From Takakia lepidozioides (Eukaryota > Plantae > Bryophyta): 64,000 nucleotides of DNA. Positions within the stretch are counted from its first letter, which is position 1; every line of letters starts with the position of its first letter. Below are positions 37,161-50,025 of this stretch, in pieces. The notes below the pieces were generated by a model. That model was not told where the DNA came from. It did not search any database and worked only from the letters and a program-made list of their open reading frames with translations. The DNA is taken from contig CM060733.1 of NCBI GenBank assembly GCA_030704615.1, positions 59,644,001-59,708,000 of the forward strand, given 5' to 3'. A program made the position numbers and the translations under genes.

Positions 37161-39207
37161 CGGTCATGAACATGTCCCTAACCCCCTCTCCACAAGGTAA
37201 CCGGGTAGAGAACCTGTTGCGGCTTATGGTTTGGAATACTAAGTTCCTAACATAGCCTACACCTGTACCTGCATCCACCGCAAGCACTCCTATGGTTGGC
37301 TGGTCATCACCTCCAACCTCACCACAGGAGAAACAATGATGGTCTGGCTGGTCATCACCCCAGCCTCACCATCGACAGCATGCTCTAGGACTGGCCGGTG
37401 ATCAAATCGGACCAATCACCTATAAAACAAGCGCCCACACAAAACTAGCATGGCGCACAGTCAAGCATGCAGGTATGGAGGGGATCCAAACACAAGAAAT
37501 CAGAACGACAACTCCCCCACACCAAAAACAACTCCACGGTGTTGCTCTTGCAATGACACCCCAGCCCAAACCCGAACTGACTCTTGCCTCCACCTACGGA
37601 AAGGTCTTGGCCTAATGAGAGGGTGGAAACTACGAAGAAGAGAAGCTAAAGCAATGCATACCCCCAGCATGCCCTCATCCCAACACTCTTCCTCTCCTCT
37701 CTCAACCTCACTTGCATGACCATTGTTCCCTTGGAACTGGCCTGGGCGCAACTCAGGATGCAAACCATAACACTGGGCCTCTCCATGCCCGTGTTTGCCA
37801 CAATGCCCACACTGCAACTGTGTAGGCTGTGCATGTGCCGGCCCTTTGCCTCCCTCTGGGCAATCCTTTTTGACATCGGGTCCTCCACATGTCCAGCACA
37901 CCACATCCGCCCGTTGTTGGCCAGCAAATGAAGGGAGAGACCCCTGCATCTGAGGTCCTCTCTGCCCTTCCTTGAGCTTCACCTGAGCCCCCTTGTTGCC
38001 TTGAGCACATTGAGGTAGTGGTTGGCTAGGAGCACCACTACCCCGTGGTGTCTCCTTAGCAAATCCCACCATGACCACTCGTTCCTCCACCATGTTGAGC
38101 TCTATCCGCTCTGCCAGCAAAAACACATTTGCTAAGGTGGGTTGGGCCACTTGTAGGAGAGTTGCATCCGCACCCTTCTCCTCAACTCCTTGTCCAATAT
38201 CCCATACCAGAATTGGACTGCCTGAGCTTCCGTAACCCCTTGGGTTATATTTATCAAGCGCCTCATGCGAGTGAAAGCCTCCCTCAAGCTCTCATTCGGC
38301 TTCCGTTGGAACTCTTGCAAGCTCCGCAACTTCTCTGTCCTCACCCCTTGGTAGTTCCCTCTCAACTCTTCGAAGAACTCCACAACAGGGTTGAAGGCAG
38401 GCACGGGTGCTAGTGCTGGTGGGGGGGTGCTATTCCGTGAGCCTAGAGGCGTGAGCCTGTGAGCCCAGGAAAGCGTGAGCCCAGCACAGGCTCACGCCAC
38501 GTCAGCATGCAAACAGTGCCTATTTCCGCGGATGTCACCTATTTCCGAGTGGGGTCACCTATTTCCGCGGGTTGATGTGGGGAGAATTGAGAATTGAGAA
38601 CAAAGTGGTTTGTTTGTTTTTGCAATGTACTCAAGTCTGTGAGGTTCACAAAACAACAAATATATTGAAGGAACAATCCGGGCAGTCCATGCAACCCCCA
38701 TCTCCAACAATAGTTTGGAACCATGAATGTGAATTCCATGCACACATTGCAAAGAGGACAATAAGGACACACAACCATCCCATTTCAAATTTGTCCCAGA
38801 ATTAAACCAAAAGAATACTTCATATCAAGTGTCGCAGTCATCACAATCAATGTCCACCTCCTGTGCTATGTCATCTACAAGATTCTGGCCCCAACACCAC
38901 GTGTTCTACGAAGGCCATCGCAAGGTGGACTCTGAGTGCCATGAACGGACATGCTTGCTGCGAGTGCCTCCGCATAGACAGGTAGCACACAAGACCGAGG
39001 AGGACTGAAAACAAGTCCAAATAGGTGTGATAGCCCAGGAGGGCAAGTGGAAGCACGCGGACTCCTACACATGTCCACAAAATTCCATTTTTAACACAAT
39101 GATGCAATGCACAAGTCCAACGAAGAGGATGTCTCCCATTTGCACTTTGCCTCAAGAACAGCGATTCTCGATAATGAAACAACAATGCAAGCATGCACAG
39201 GTTCAAC

Positions 39208-42200
39208 TTACTCACAGGCAAAGTCGGAGTCCAGCTCCTTGTCAGAAGTCTCCTCTGTACCAGTATCAGCGGGACGGGGCTTCGGAAGGACCTGAGAAGT
39301 GTGTCCACCCAAACCCATCAGGAGGTTCTTGTAAATCTCAGCATCCCCTTCAATCCCAAAGACATGTCGCGCACTGGCCTTGCAAGCGTGGTACGAAGCA
39401 CCTGCAGTGGAATAGAATGAAGTAAGCAGACATTGAAGACACATTCGGAACGGTGGAAAGTGCTGAAAGTGCAAGCTCAATCAAACCTCATGAAATGTGA
39501 ATGTTGAAGGGACGAACCTGTGCCCATCGACAAATCCAGAACTCTGGCGTCTGTGTAGGTGCAGCACTCCACAATCGTTTGAATGAAAGCCGGGCTCCTC
39601 TCCCTCGCCCCTCTCCAAGGAACCCCATTCCCCCTTCGCAAGCACACGTTGCTGTCGACGTAGTTGTGATGCATGTCATCCGTGGGAGGATCTGTCCTGT
39701 CATCTATGAACTTGCCCCCGTGAGTGATGGCGAACTCCGTAATGCCGGCCGGAGTCGTTGGTGGATGCACCCGGACGAGACAAACAGCTTCAAACAGACG
39801 AGTCTGCGAACATGACATCCAGAAGGAACTAAGAACCAAAATAAAATCGGGCCCCTACATATGAGTTTGAGCGACCTACACAACACAATCCCAGAACAAA
39901 AAAGAAGAGGAAGAAGAAGGGAAACTCACCATCTCTCCCGGACGATCCCCCTTCGTAAGGTACATGCTGTTCACACAATTCCATGTCTTCAGGACTCTCA
40001 TGCCCGAGGCTTTCAAATAGCTGGCAAGGGCACGGCGACACCGAACATCGATGGACTGGATGAGAACCAAAACACCTGCATCGGAAAGGAAGAAGTTGCA
40101 AAAGGAAAAAACCCACCGCCAGTAGCGCTCATCAAATGCATTCCAACCCGGACAAGCACCCGATGGTGGGATATCCGGGACTGCCAACCCATCAGGGATG
40201 TCCAAGATGATGAGTTCCGCTGCATATGGCTTCTCCTTCCCGTTCACCCACGATTTGGTCATTTTAGCCTGCAAACAAAAATACAATGGAATTCTGACAA
40301 GTTTATAAACGATCCATGCCCACAGCAGACAAAGAGAGCAGAAGCCACAGAACCCAAAGAGAACACGCACCGTGCTGAGGAACTCGACAATCCTCTCCCA
40401 CACTGGTGATGGCTCGCCCTTGTAATCAGATTTCTTCGACTCCATCATGGCAAGGAACCCGACGTTGGCAATCTCCAACCTGGTTGGACGAATGACCCTC
40501 GTGGGATGTTCCACTGCATGGTACGGGTCCTTGGGATCAACCACACCCTTGTTTTTTCTCCCGGATCCCCTACCATGCGGTGGAGTCTGCTGGACATGCT
40601 CCACAGGGCCAATAGCTGCAACACTTCCCTGCCCTTGTGCCACCTTCCCTCTACCCCTTCCCGTCCCCACAACACCAGCAACATCTTTTCCCTTTGCCTT
40701 TCTTCCTCTACCCGGGGTATCCTGAGCGGGAGGCTCCTTCTCTGCAAGAGTCCTCAGATTACGCTCATGAATGTCGAGGTCCGCTGCTGCGGCAGTGGCT
40801 GCAATACGGTCATTCTCTCTCCTCAAAGACAACTCTACAGCTGGGGTCTCTGAAGGAGGGCAATCCAAATACCAACCACAAGAAGAAAGATGGTCCGGAC
40901 CCCAGTCATGCAAGATCCCAGCAGTGAACATGGTCTGGTTGCCAGCAGGGACAAGCCAAAGGTCCACGAAATCTGGATGTTTGTCCAAGCAATTCTCTTC
41001 CAGGAGAACAAACTTAATGTACCTGCACGAACAGACACAGCCTCATTATCCAATGCACATATTGTGTCCCAGCTTTTTCAACACACCAGGAAGACCCCCT
41101 TAAACAGTATGCCACACAACACATTGCAACCACAACACAAGCAAAGAGTGCAAGGGTGTGCACCTGTAAAGGCATCGTTTCCAGGCTTCCTCTCCTTTTT
41201 CCTGCTGGTCAAGCTCATTTGTTCGACTGATGCCACCCTCCTTGCTGAACTCTCTAAAGAAACCAGAGTGCCACACTGTGGCTCTCCATTTCCTCATGTA
41301 TGCTTCGAAGGAGACCTTCGGAGCTGTCATAGTGATGCCATAGTCAGCCAGCTGAGTATGCAGAACCGATCGGGCCCTTTCTTCCAACTGCAAAAAAATT
41401 GAAATGGAAGAATGAACCCAAAAACAGTCACAGCGAATGTAAGAGGCAATGGGAAGAAAAGGACAGGAAAAGAGAAAAGAAAGTGAGATACGAGAGGACA
41501 TCACACCTGGCTCCAGTAAGTGGCCTTGTGAAGCCAGTTGTCCAGCACATTGTCACTGACAGGAACGACACGCTGGGTCTTCTTCTCCTTCTCTGGCCTT
41601 GGGAACATGTGGGTATCCCTAACTGTGGGATCGGAGTTCCATATCTGCAGCCACTTCACCTTCTGTTCAGAAGACACGACGGCGGTAGACAACCTGTGCA
41701 ACTTCTCCTGGGCCATCTCCGGCTTGCCTGGCTTGTTATAATGGTTTTTTATCTCCAGCAGAAACTGCGGCCCGAATGATGGGTCGGCCATTCTCAACTG
41801 CTTCACAAAAGCACTCATTATTGTCCTTCTTGTAGCGTTCATCTCCTTCTGGATGTGACTTTCAACTCCCTTTGCTGTCCTTCTCTCCTCAGGGGTAGAG
41901 CTGTAGTATTCCAGTTTGCCACGCTCCCCTGCATCTGCAATGTCTTGCTGCAAGGGAATGCAAGAGAGTTGCATCAATCCAAGGTCAAGGGAGACAGAGA
42001 GAAACAAACATGTGGAAGCAGGAATATGGAAAGGCCAGATGAAGGAAGATGTATCTTACCGTGTACATGTACTCCATGAAAGCCTCACGGGTCAACGAGT
42101 ACCATGTTTCCGAAGTCTTGGAGCTTTCGCATTTCTTATACATCTCTGCCGAAAGGATGGTCTTGAAGTTGGTCAAGGGCATCTGCCCGATCCTTTGTAT

Positions 42201-45200
42201 CCTATACAGTGTGTGAACCAGACTCGTTTTGACATGCGATGTCTCCGTCCCTCTGCAGAATGATATCTGAATTTCAGAATGTAATTCAAGGACTTCAATC
42301 AAGGAAGAACGGAACCAGAAGTGCAACGTGTACAATGAGAAACCAACCTGTTCACATCATTCATTGCCGTCAGAAGACCCATCATGTTGTCGTCACAATC
42401 AAGCACCATCGATCGAACAGAGTAATGCCACTCTTCCTCCTGTGAGTGCAGCCTCCCAATGACAGCCATCCATGCAAGCAACCGGTGGTTGCCATCCCAA
42501 ACGTGAAACATCTTCCCGAGAATACCTGGGTGGAAGGTTTTCTGGAGAGAAGAAGTTCGAAGGATTCGTTCACCTGTCTCCAAATGGGGTCCCAGGAGTC
42601 GACGATTGACTCATCAACAAGGAGCTCGTTACCTCTTGAATCCCTAGTAGAAACGTAAAAGACCGCGGATCCATCCAAATACCCATGAACAAACTCGGCC
42701 TCCAGCTTGAGAATGTCTTTGACAAGGGGTGGACGAACGACGGGCATGGAAACCAACCTACACAGGGGAATCTTCAACCTCCCACCAGGAGCAAGCATAC
42801 TTTGAACCACAAGCTGAGAGTTCACCTTTTGACCCCCCAGCATCTCAGCGGCTTTGCTTTCAAAAAACTCATCGTCAACATCATCTTTGGTCTCCTTCCC
42901 CTGACCCTGAGATACCTCATCCGCCACACTTTGCATTTTCCCCTGCAAGGTTGTTCACTCAAATTCTTATAAGAGAGGAATGAAACGTCGACCGATGCAT
43001 GAAAAAGTGGGATAAAAGGGAAGTGTTCTTTGAGCTGCCAGATAAGTGTTCATTGATCCTCACGGACATGCACTATGTTCCCGATTTACACAGGGAAAGA
43101 ACATTGAAAAGTTCTGCTCAAATATCTGCCCATGAGGGCCGAAAGTTGCGCCCTTCCATATTCATATGTTCTGCCTACACAGTGTGCGGTTCCGCAGACT
43201 GTTTGAGCTGACAGTGAAGGGTTCATTTTATACTCAAAAATGTGCCCATGAAGTCCAAATTTTGCACCCAGAAACATTGAAATGCTCAGCTCAAACAGTG
43301 TGCGTTGCCGCACACTGTCTGGGCTGGCAGTGAAGGGTTCTTTTCACACTCACACAGGTGCCCCTGAAGTCCAAATTTTGCACACAGAAACATTGAAATG
43401 CTCAGCTCAAACAGTGTGCGTTGCCGCACACTGAATGAGCTGGCAGTGAAGGGTTCTTTACACACTCACACAGGTGCCCCTGAAGTCCAATTTTTGAATC
43501 CAGAAACATTGAAATGCTCAGCTCAAACAGTGTGCGTTGCCGCACACTGTCTGAGCTGGCAGTGAAGGGTTCATTTCACACTCACACAGGTGCCCCTGAA
43601 GTCCAAATATTTCACCCAGAAACATTGAAATGCTCAGCTCAAACAGTGTGCGTTGCCGCACACTGTCTGGGCTGGCAGTGAAGGGTTCTTTTCACACTCA
43701 CACAGGTGCCCCTGAAGTCCAATTTTTGCATCCAGAAACATTGAAATGCTCAGCTCAAACAGTGTGCGTTGCCGCACACTGTCTGAGCTGGCAGTGAAGG
43801 GTTCTTTTCACACTCACACAGGTGCCCCTGAAGTCCAATTTTTGCATCCAGAAACATTGAAATGCTCAGCTCAAACAGTGTGCGTTGCCGCACACTGTCT
43901 GAGCTGGCAGTGAAGGGTTCATTTCACACTCACACAGGTGCCCCTGAAGTCCAATTTTTGCATCCAGAAACATTGAAATGCTCAGCTCAAACAGTGTGCG
44001 TTGCCGCACACTGTCTGGGCTGGCAGTGAAGGGTTCTTTTCACACTCACACAGGTGCCCCTGAAGTCCAAATATTTCACCCAGAAACATTGAAATGCTCA
44101 GCTCAAACAGTGTGCGTTGCCGCACACTGTCTGAGCTGGCAGTGAAGGGTTCTTTTCACACTCACACAGGTGCCCCTGAAGTCCAAATATTTCACCCAGA
44201 AACATTGAAATGCTCAGCTCAAACAGTGTGCGTTGCCGCACACTGTATGAGCTGGCAGTGAAGGGTTCTTTTCACACTCACACAGGTGCCCCTGAAGTCC
44301 AAATATTTCACCCAGAAACATTGAAATGCTCAGCTCAAACAGTGTGCGTTGCCGCACACTGTCTGAGCTGGCAGTGAAGGGTTCATTTCACACTCACACG
44401 GGTGCCCCTGAAGTCCAATTTTTGCACCCAGAAACATTGAAATGCTCAGCTCAAACAGTGTGCGTTGCCGCACACTGTCTGGGCTGGCAGTGAAGGGTTC
44501 ATTTCACACTCACACAGGTGCCCCTGAAGTCCAATTTTTGCATCCAGAAACATTGAAATGCTCAGCTCAAACAGTGTGCGTTGCCGCACACTGTCTGAGC
44601 TGGCAGTGAAGGGTTCATTTCACACTAACATAACAGACATCAAGACCAAATTTTGAACCCTAAAACATTGAAAAGGTCTGCTCAAACATTGTGCGTTGCC
44701 GCACGCTGTTTGAGCTGGTTTTGAAGGGTTCATTTCAACCTCAGATAACAGACAGCAAAGACCAAATTTTGCACCCAGAAACACCGAAATGCCCAGCTCA
44801 AACAGTGTGCGTTGCCGCACACTGTCTGAGCTGGCAGTGAAGGGTTCATTTCACACTCACACAGGTGCCCCTGAAGTCCAAATTTTGCACCCATAAACAT
44901 TGAAATGCTCAGCTCAAACAGTGTGCGTTGCCGCACACTGTCTGGGCTGGCAGTGAAGGGTTCTTTTCACACTCACACAGGTGCCCCTGAAGTCCAAATT
45001 TTGCACCCAGAAACATTGAAATGCTCAGCTCAAACAGTGTGCGTTGCCGCACACTGTCTGGGCTGGCAGTGAAGGGTTCGTTTCACCCTCACATAACAGA
45101 CATCAAGACCAAATTTTGCAAGACCAATGGTTCTTTCTTTCACAAATACCTGCCATTCAAAGCCGAATTCTTCACAAATATGGGTCGTGTGGATTTTACC

Positions 45201-45500
45201 TTTTTCGTAGCTACTCGAGAAGACTCCCCAGTTGCCGGGGACGCTTTCCGCTTGGGGCTGCTCTCTTCGCGGACTATGTAGGTGAGCCTCTCCCCCTTCC
45301 TCTTTCCCGTGGTCAGATCGTTCGTGAGGCCAGTGTCAACATCTTCCTCCATGTCGTCTGTCTCTCCCTCAGACGCAGTGTCCTCCTCGCCTGTTCCTGG
45401 AACTATGGTGGGTTGTTGTTCTTCTCCAGATTCCTGCTCCTCCATCGCCACACTTTCCTGTATTCCCTCTTCTTCCTCCTTTTCCTCTTCCTCCACTCTT
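39208..45500 (-). CDS. Multi-exon MULE cargo gene: acidic N-terminus, ParB/Srx-like domain, beta-class amino-methyltransferase-like domain (at least one frameshift near 42540; exon limits approximate)
   Basis: FHVWDGNHRLLAW (ParB-type DGxHR); LIILDIPDG (motif IV position); FFLSDAGVLVL; RERSPAFIQTIVECCTYTDARVLDLSMGTG|ASYHACKASARHVFGIEGD (motifs X, I, II). Confidence 0.7.
43155..45120. repeat. Tandem array of about 17 x 116-bp units, each with an 18-bp-arm palindrome
   Basis: GAAACATTG at 43271, 43387, 43503 (period 116); CAGCTCAAACAGTGTGCG-TTGC-CGCACACTGTCTGAGCTG. Confidence 0.95.
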
Positions 45501-46453
45501 TCCATCCTCATTCTATATCTAGCTCTATTCCTGTTTCTAGAACTCGTGAAGTATAATGACTTCCTTCTCTTTCTCCTCCGCTGGAAACAAGGGCTCCCCA
45601 CGATGCCCCTGGAGCTCTCCAGTTTGACGTTTGCAACAAGTTCTGGTATCGCATGTAACAAAAATAAAAATGGACGTTGTCAACCGTATTTGGATGCGGG
45701 TGTTGATATTGTGTGCGAACGGAATTCATCCATTTTGTCGTCTTTGTATTACCCAGCTAATAAAGCGCCGAAGAAAAAGAATATCCGTTGCATGCATTTG
45801 CGATATATGTCAGATGTGCTTCGCCGCCTGCCAATACATGGCGGCCTCCTTGCCTTCTTTCAAATTCGAATGCGCCGTAGAAATGTAGTGCTTTTTCAAT
45901 TCCGAGCAGTTCTTTCAGATTCGCAATAATTGTTATGCTTCACATATGCATCCACGTGTGTTGTGCTGCATGCCCTGTGGTTTTTTTTATGCCGTGACCG
46001 TCCCCATGGGGTCATTCGGTATAAAGGATTGTGTCGGATATGACCATGTGTTGCACACATTCGTGCGAGGTATCTCTTGAAGTGTCGGTGTTTGTTCTGT
46101 GCTATTCTGGCGCAACACAATCTCATTACAATCGGATCTTCCTGTTTACTGCTCTCCAGGGTTGTTGCCGTCATTTCATAATGGATGGTTTCATGTCAAT
46201 TTCAGGGTTTGTTTTCCATCCAAAAACAGTACGGCTTCTTGTGGCTCTGGTCTTTCAAAACCGTTTTTCTGGTTGGTGGGAGGTGAATGTGCACGTCATC
46301 CCTACATCCTTGGCATGCATCGCCGGCAGCCTTGGGTTTGGTGCTACCCTTGTTGACCTCAGTTTGCTGGTGGTATTTCCACTTTCGATAATTACGGGCT
46401 CTCAGTTCGGGGATTCCGTTCTGCATCGGCAGTTTCGTTCAGTGCTGGAAAAC

Positions 46454-49400
46454 ATGTCGAGGGAGCGAGATGCACTCGCTCGATTCCATTCCAATGCAGG
46501 TACTCTTCCACTGACTGCCACTGCAGACGACGATGGGTATGCAGTTGTTCATGAGGATGAGCTGGTTACAGTGTTCCCGCTGGAGTTGGGTTCTCTGCTT
46601 GTTCAGAAAGAGGTGTATGACGAGGATGGGAATTTGGATTCTGGGCACTTGGAGAAACCCTTGGTTGGCGAGTGTGGAAGGAAGTGGAGAGTCCTTCCAG
46701 GAACATACCGTGTCCTTGGAAAAGAGAGAAGACAATCAGCAGGATCAGTCGTTACCCCTGGCACTGCAGCATCGGTCGTGCAACAGAAGGGCACAGTTCC
46801 TGTGAAACAAGAGGTGAGCACATCCACTACCTTCGTTACTCTTTCGGACTCGTCCTCGGAGGATGTTTCTGAGATTCCTCCGCCAGTGCAAACTCCCTTA
46901 TTGGATGATGACGAATTGCGCGAGATAACAAGTGTCATTCCAAAATTGAAAGCCCTCGCAGGTGTGCCTGGGTGCAAGAGCGAGCTACGTTTTGTTGATT
47001 GGGAGTCCCTTCCAGTGCAACGTGTTCAATACGTGCCAGCTCAGTTTGATGGGGACATCTTGTTTGAGCTCAACCCACCCACGTCTTCCAGTGGACTGGC
47101 TGGGCTTCTGCAGGGCATGGACAAGAAATATGACGGACATCCTTGGTGCAGGACAAAAACTTCGAACATCCATAACGACATTGGCTTGAAATTTCGGAGG
47201 TCGGTTTGCGTTGGGCATTGCAAGTGCCTGAATATTTCTTGCCCTCGGCTGAGAAACAGCGCTCAGCCAAACGAAAGTGAGTGGGAAGGTGTGCCCCTGA
47301 ATCCTTTCACCCCAGGGCTTGCACCTCCCAATACCAATACTTTTGTGTGCAGGTTCTGCAAACTTTCCCCGTCCTGTGTTTCTGTTTGCCACGCTCGTAT
47401 GTATCAGGTGGCACATCGATGCAAGACAATGACTCGTGCCTGCATTCATATGGGTGCACACGAGCATCCTGTGTCCAAAGGGAGTTGCAGGGATAGCGTG
47501 GACATCGCTAGAAATCTACTGAAGCAAGAGTTCCATAATGCCCCTTCTGCAACACCTTCTGCTATAGCGCTTGCAGCTAGCAAGGCATTCCTGGAAAAAC
47601 ACATACTGGGTGAAGGGGATTCGACACAGCCAATGCTGGATGCAGATTCCCTTGAGGCAGTCATGGACCATTTCTCCGTGTTGAGCTCTCCCAATATTCG
47701 AAACCAGGTGAATGCACTCAGAATGGGCACAGGCACTGCTGGATTCATGGACAACATTATGGACCTCAAACGGAGGAGTCGCTATGAATTCATTCAAAAC
47801 AGTATGTTCCCTGGCCAGGGCTCGTCCAAAGTGTATTTGTTCAAGATGTCCGCTGTGGGCCAAGGCAGTGGTGTGAGCATTGTCCGCCGAATGCAACCTG
47901 GAGGAGATTTGGCTAAATGTTGGTTAATGTTTGATCACTGCAAACGGGTGAAGGGTTGGACAACCATGGCGTGCCATGTGTATGATCCAGCGTACCAGCG
48001 TGTGCTCTCCATAGCAATTTGTGATATGCAGTCGGAGGACACTGAATCCCAGATGCTCATGTGGAAGTCCCTCCTGACCGTCATGCAGCGCAATGGAATA
48101 CAGAACACAAACTTTGCGGGCTTCATGGCTGATAGTGCACAGGCAAATTTCAATGCAGTGCGGCGCGTGTTTGGTTCTGGGGATCCTAAGGTCCCCATGG
48201 AAAATAGGGAGCGCACATGCCTCTTCCATTGGAGTCAATCTCTGGCACGTCATACAAAGCGCTGCATTCGCCCTGACCTTCAGTTGGAGCATAGAAGGCT
48301 CTGTCTGAAGTACAAGAATGCCACCTCAATGGGAGAAGCAGAGAGCACTTACCAGGCAATCCGGGCTTGGTGGTTCTCCGCTGGTGCTGCTACAGGTATC
48401 CACCTGAAGGAGTTGGAGGACTGGTTGGTTTTCTGGCACTTCAGGTACAGACAGTGGGGAGCTTTCATGACGACGGTAAGCCTCACAAGTTTTCCTTAAT
48501 CACAAATTGCACTTTGCATCGTGCCTGTTCATTTGGGGTTGTTCGATTGTCACTTGAATAACCTCTACCATTTCTTTTCCTTCCTCACATTTCCATGCAA
48601 TGCCTCCTGCAGGACATGTCCTTGGAGGACTTGGCCGACATGCCATCGTGTAATTTGGCAGAGACTGTTCACAACGCCTGGATGCAACAGTCTACCAAAG
48701 CAGGTCGTGACTTGTATGTGGCCACTGCTGATGACATGGTGCGGGCACTTACACAACAAACCAGGTACCGCAATTTTCTGATGGGACGGGGTGGAGGGAA
48801 GGGCCCCGATTCGACTTTGTTGATGCTAAGGGCTGCGAGTAGGTCCGGAGACCCGTCAAAGATGGCCAGAGCTCTAAACAGGTGCACTGAAGGTTCCCCT
48901 CTGCAATCCAGGCTCCCCCATTTGGAAGGCGAGGAAAGATTTGGAACATGCAAAAGGAAATTAAACACTCTTCCAGGGTCAGATGGAGATTCCCATAGGC
49001 CAGACAGGGTCAATTTCTCTGTGCCAAAGGTGTCTCCAGTGCAGACTAAGTCCTGTGCCGGCCCCTTCCCAGGTGGGTCCTCCTCCTGTGGAGCAGGTGC
49101 GGAACATGCAAGCATAGCAGCGGAAATCCCATTGGAGGAGGTGGTGGCCATGGTGCAGGAATCTGATTGCATTGATAGTGACTGGCATATAGAACGCACC
49201 CCACCAGGATCTAGAGTGGCTTGCATGGCAATTCGGACCCCCTCTTTCAAGAAATGCAAATCAAAAATATGCAAAGGCTCCAGGGGGACTCCAGCTCCAA
49301 CATTCACAGGGTTGTTCCGACCTTATCATAGTGGGGAGTCAAAAGAGCACAAGTTTTGGTTCTGCCCAGACGATATGGCACGATGCGTGAAGGGAACAGT

Positions 49401-50025
49401 TCGTCCTTCCGTGATAATGAAGCCCCCTCCCCCCGCAATTTGGCCTGTGCAAATTGGGACATCGCTGTCCTCAACCGAGATAAGCATGCTGGAGGAGGGA
49501 GGGTTTTGTCTTGCACGGTCCCGGGTGGTGCCCTTATGCACTGTCGGCACAGATGTGCCACATGCTCCGACAATGCCTCCACCCGGTGCCAACTCCCACC
49601 CAACAAAAAGAGATGGAAAAACAGTGCGCCGTGTTGCTTCGGGTGCAGATCACGAATGCAAGATGGAATCGGCTAGAATTTTGCAGGCTACGGTGGCTCG
49701 TATCACCGAAGTCCCTTCCCCGGGGTATGGACGGATTTACACAGTGCTGTCAATTGGCTCAGTTCTTCATGCCAAAGAATATCAAGTTACCATTGGGAAT
49801 TTCCCATCGTGCACTTGTCCGGATTTTGTAACGATGCGTGAGGGCGCTCTCGGCATGAGAGGGAAGTGGGTCCCCTGCAAGCATCAATATTACATATACC
49901 TTGTAATTATGTGTTGCGACGGTAAGAGAGACCAATTCATTCACCAAGCCACACTAGGCTACGGAGAAGTCATCACCCTTCTGCAGCGGGACACCTCGCG
50001 TAGAGCTCCGCCAACTTCTCTTTGA
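46454..50025 (+). CDS. MULE transposase (~1140 aa): GCM/WRKY-like zinc domain, DDE core, C-terminal SWIM; 2 exons (46454-48475, 48613-50025)
   Basis: WLMFDH (D1), FMADSAQA (D2), CLFHW (CxxH), CNLAETVH (E), CTCPDF...CKH; phase-0 GTAAG...GCAG intron; no disruptions seen. Start codon is a best guess. Confidence 0.88.

Noticed and set aside
38409-38421. 11-13-bp TSD for the large MULE
   Set aside because: Needs a mismatch; the 14-nt terminal spacing and the 9-bp TSD of the related element at 58842 support 9 bp.
43155-45120. CRISPR array
   Set aside because: Sequence between the palindromes is also repeated (no unique spacers), there are no cas genes, and the context is eukaryotic. The same applies to 59460-61140.
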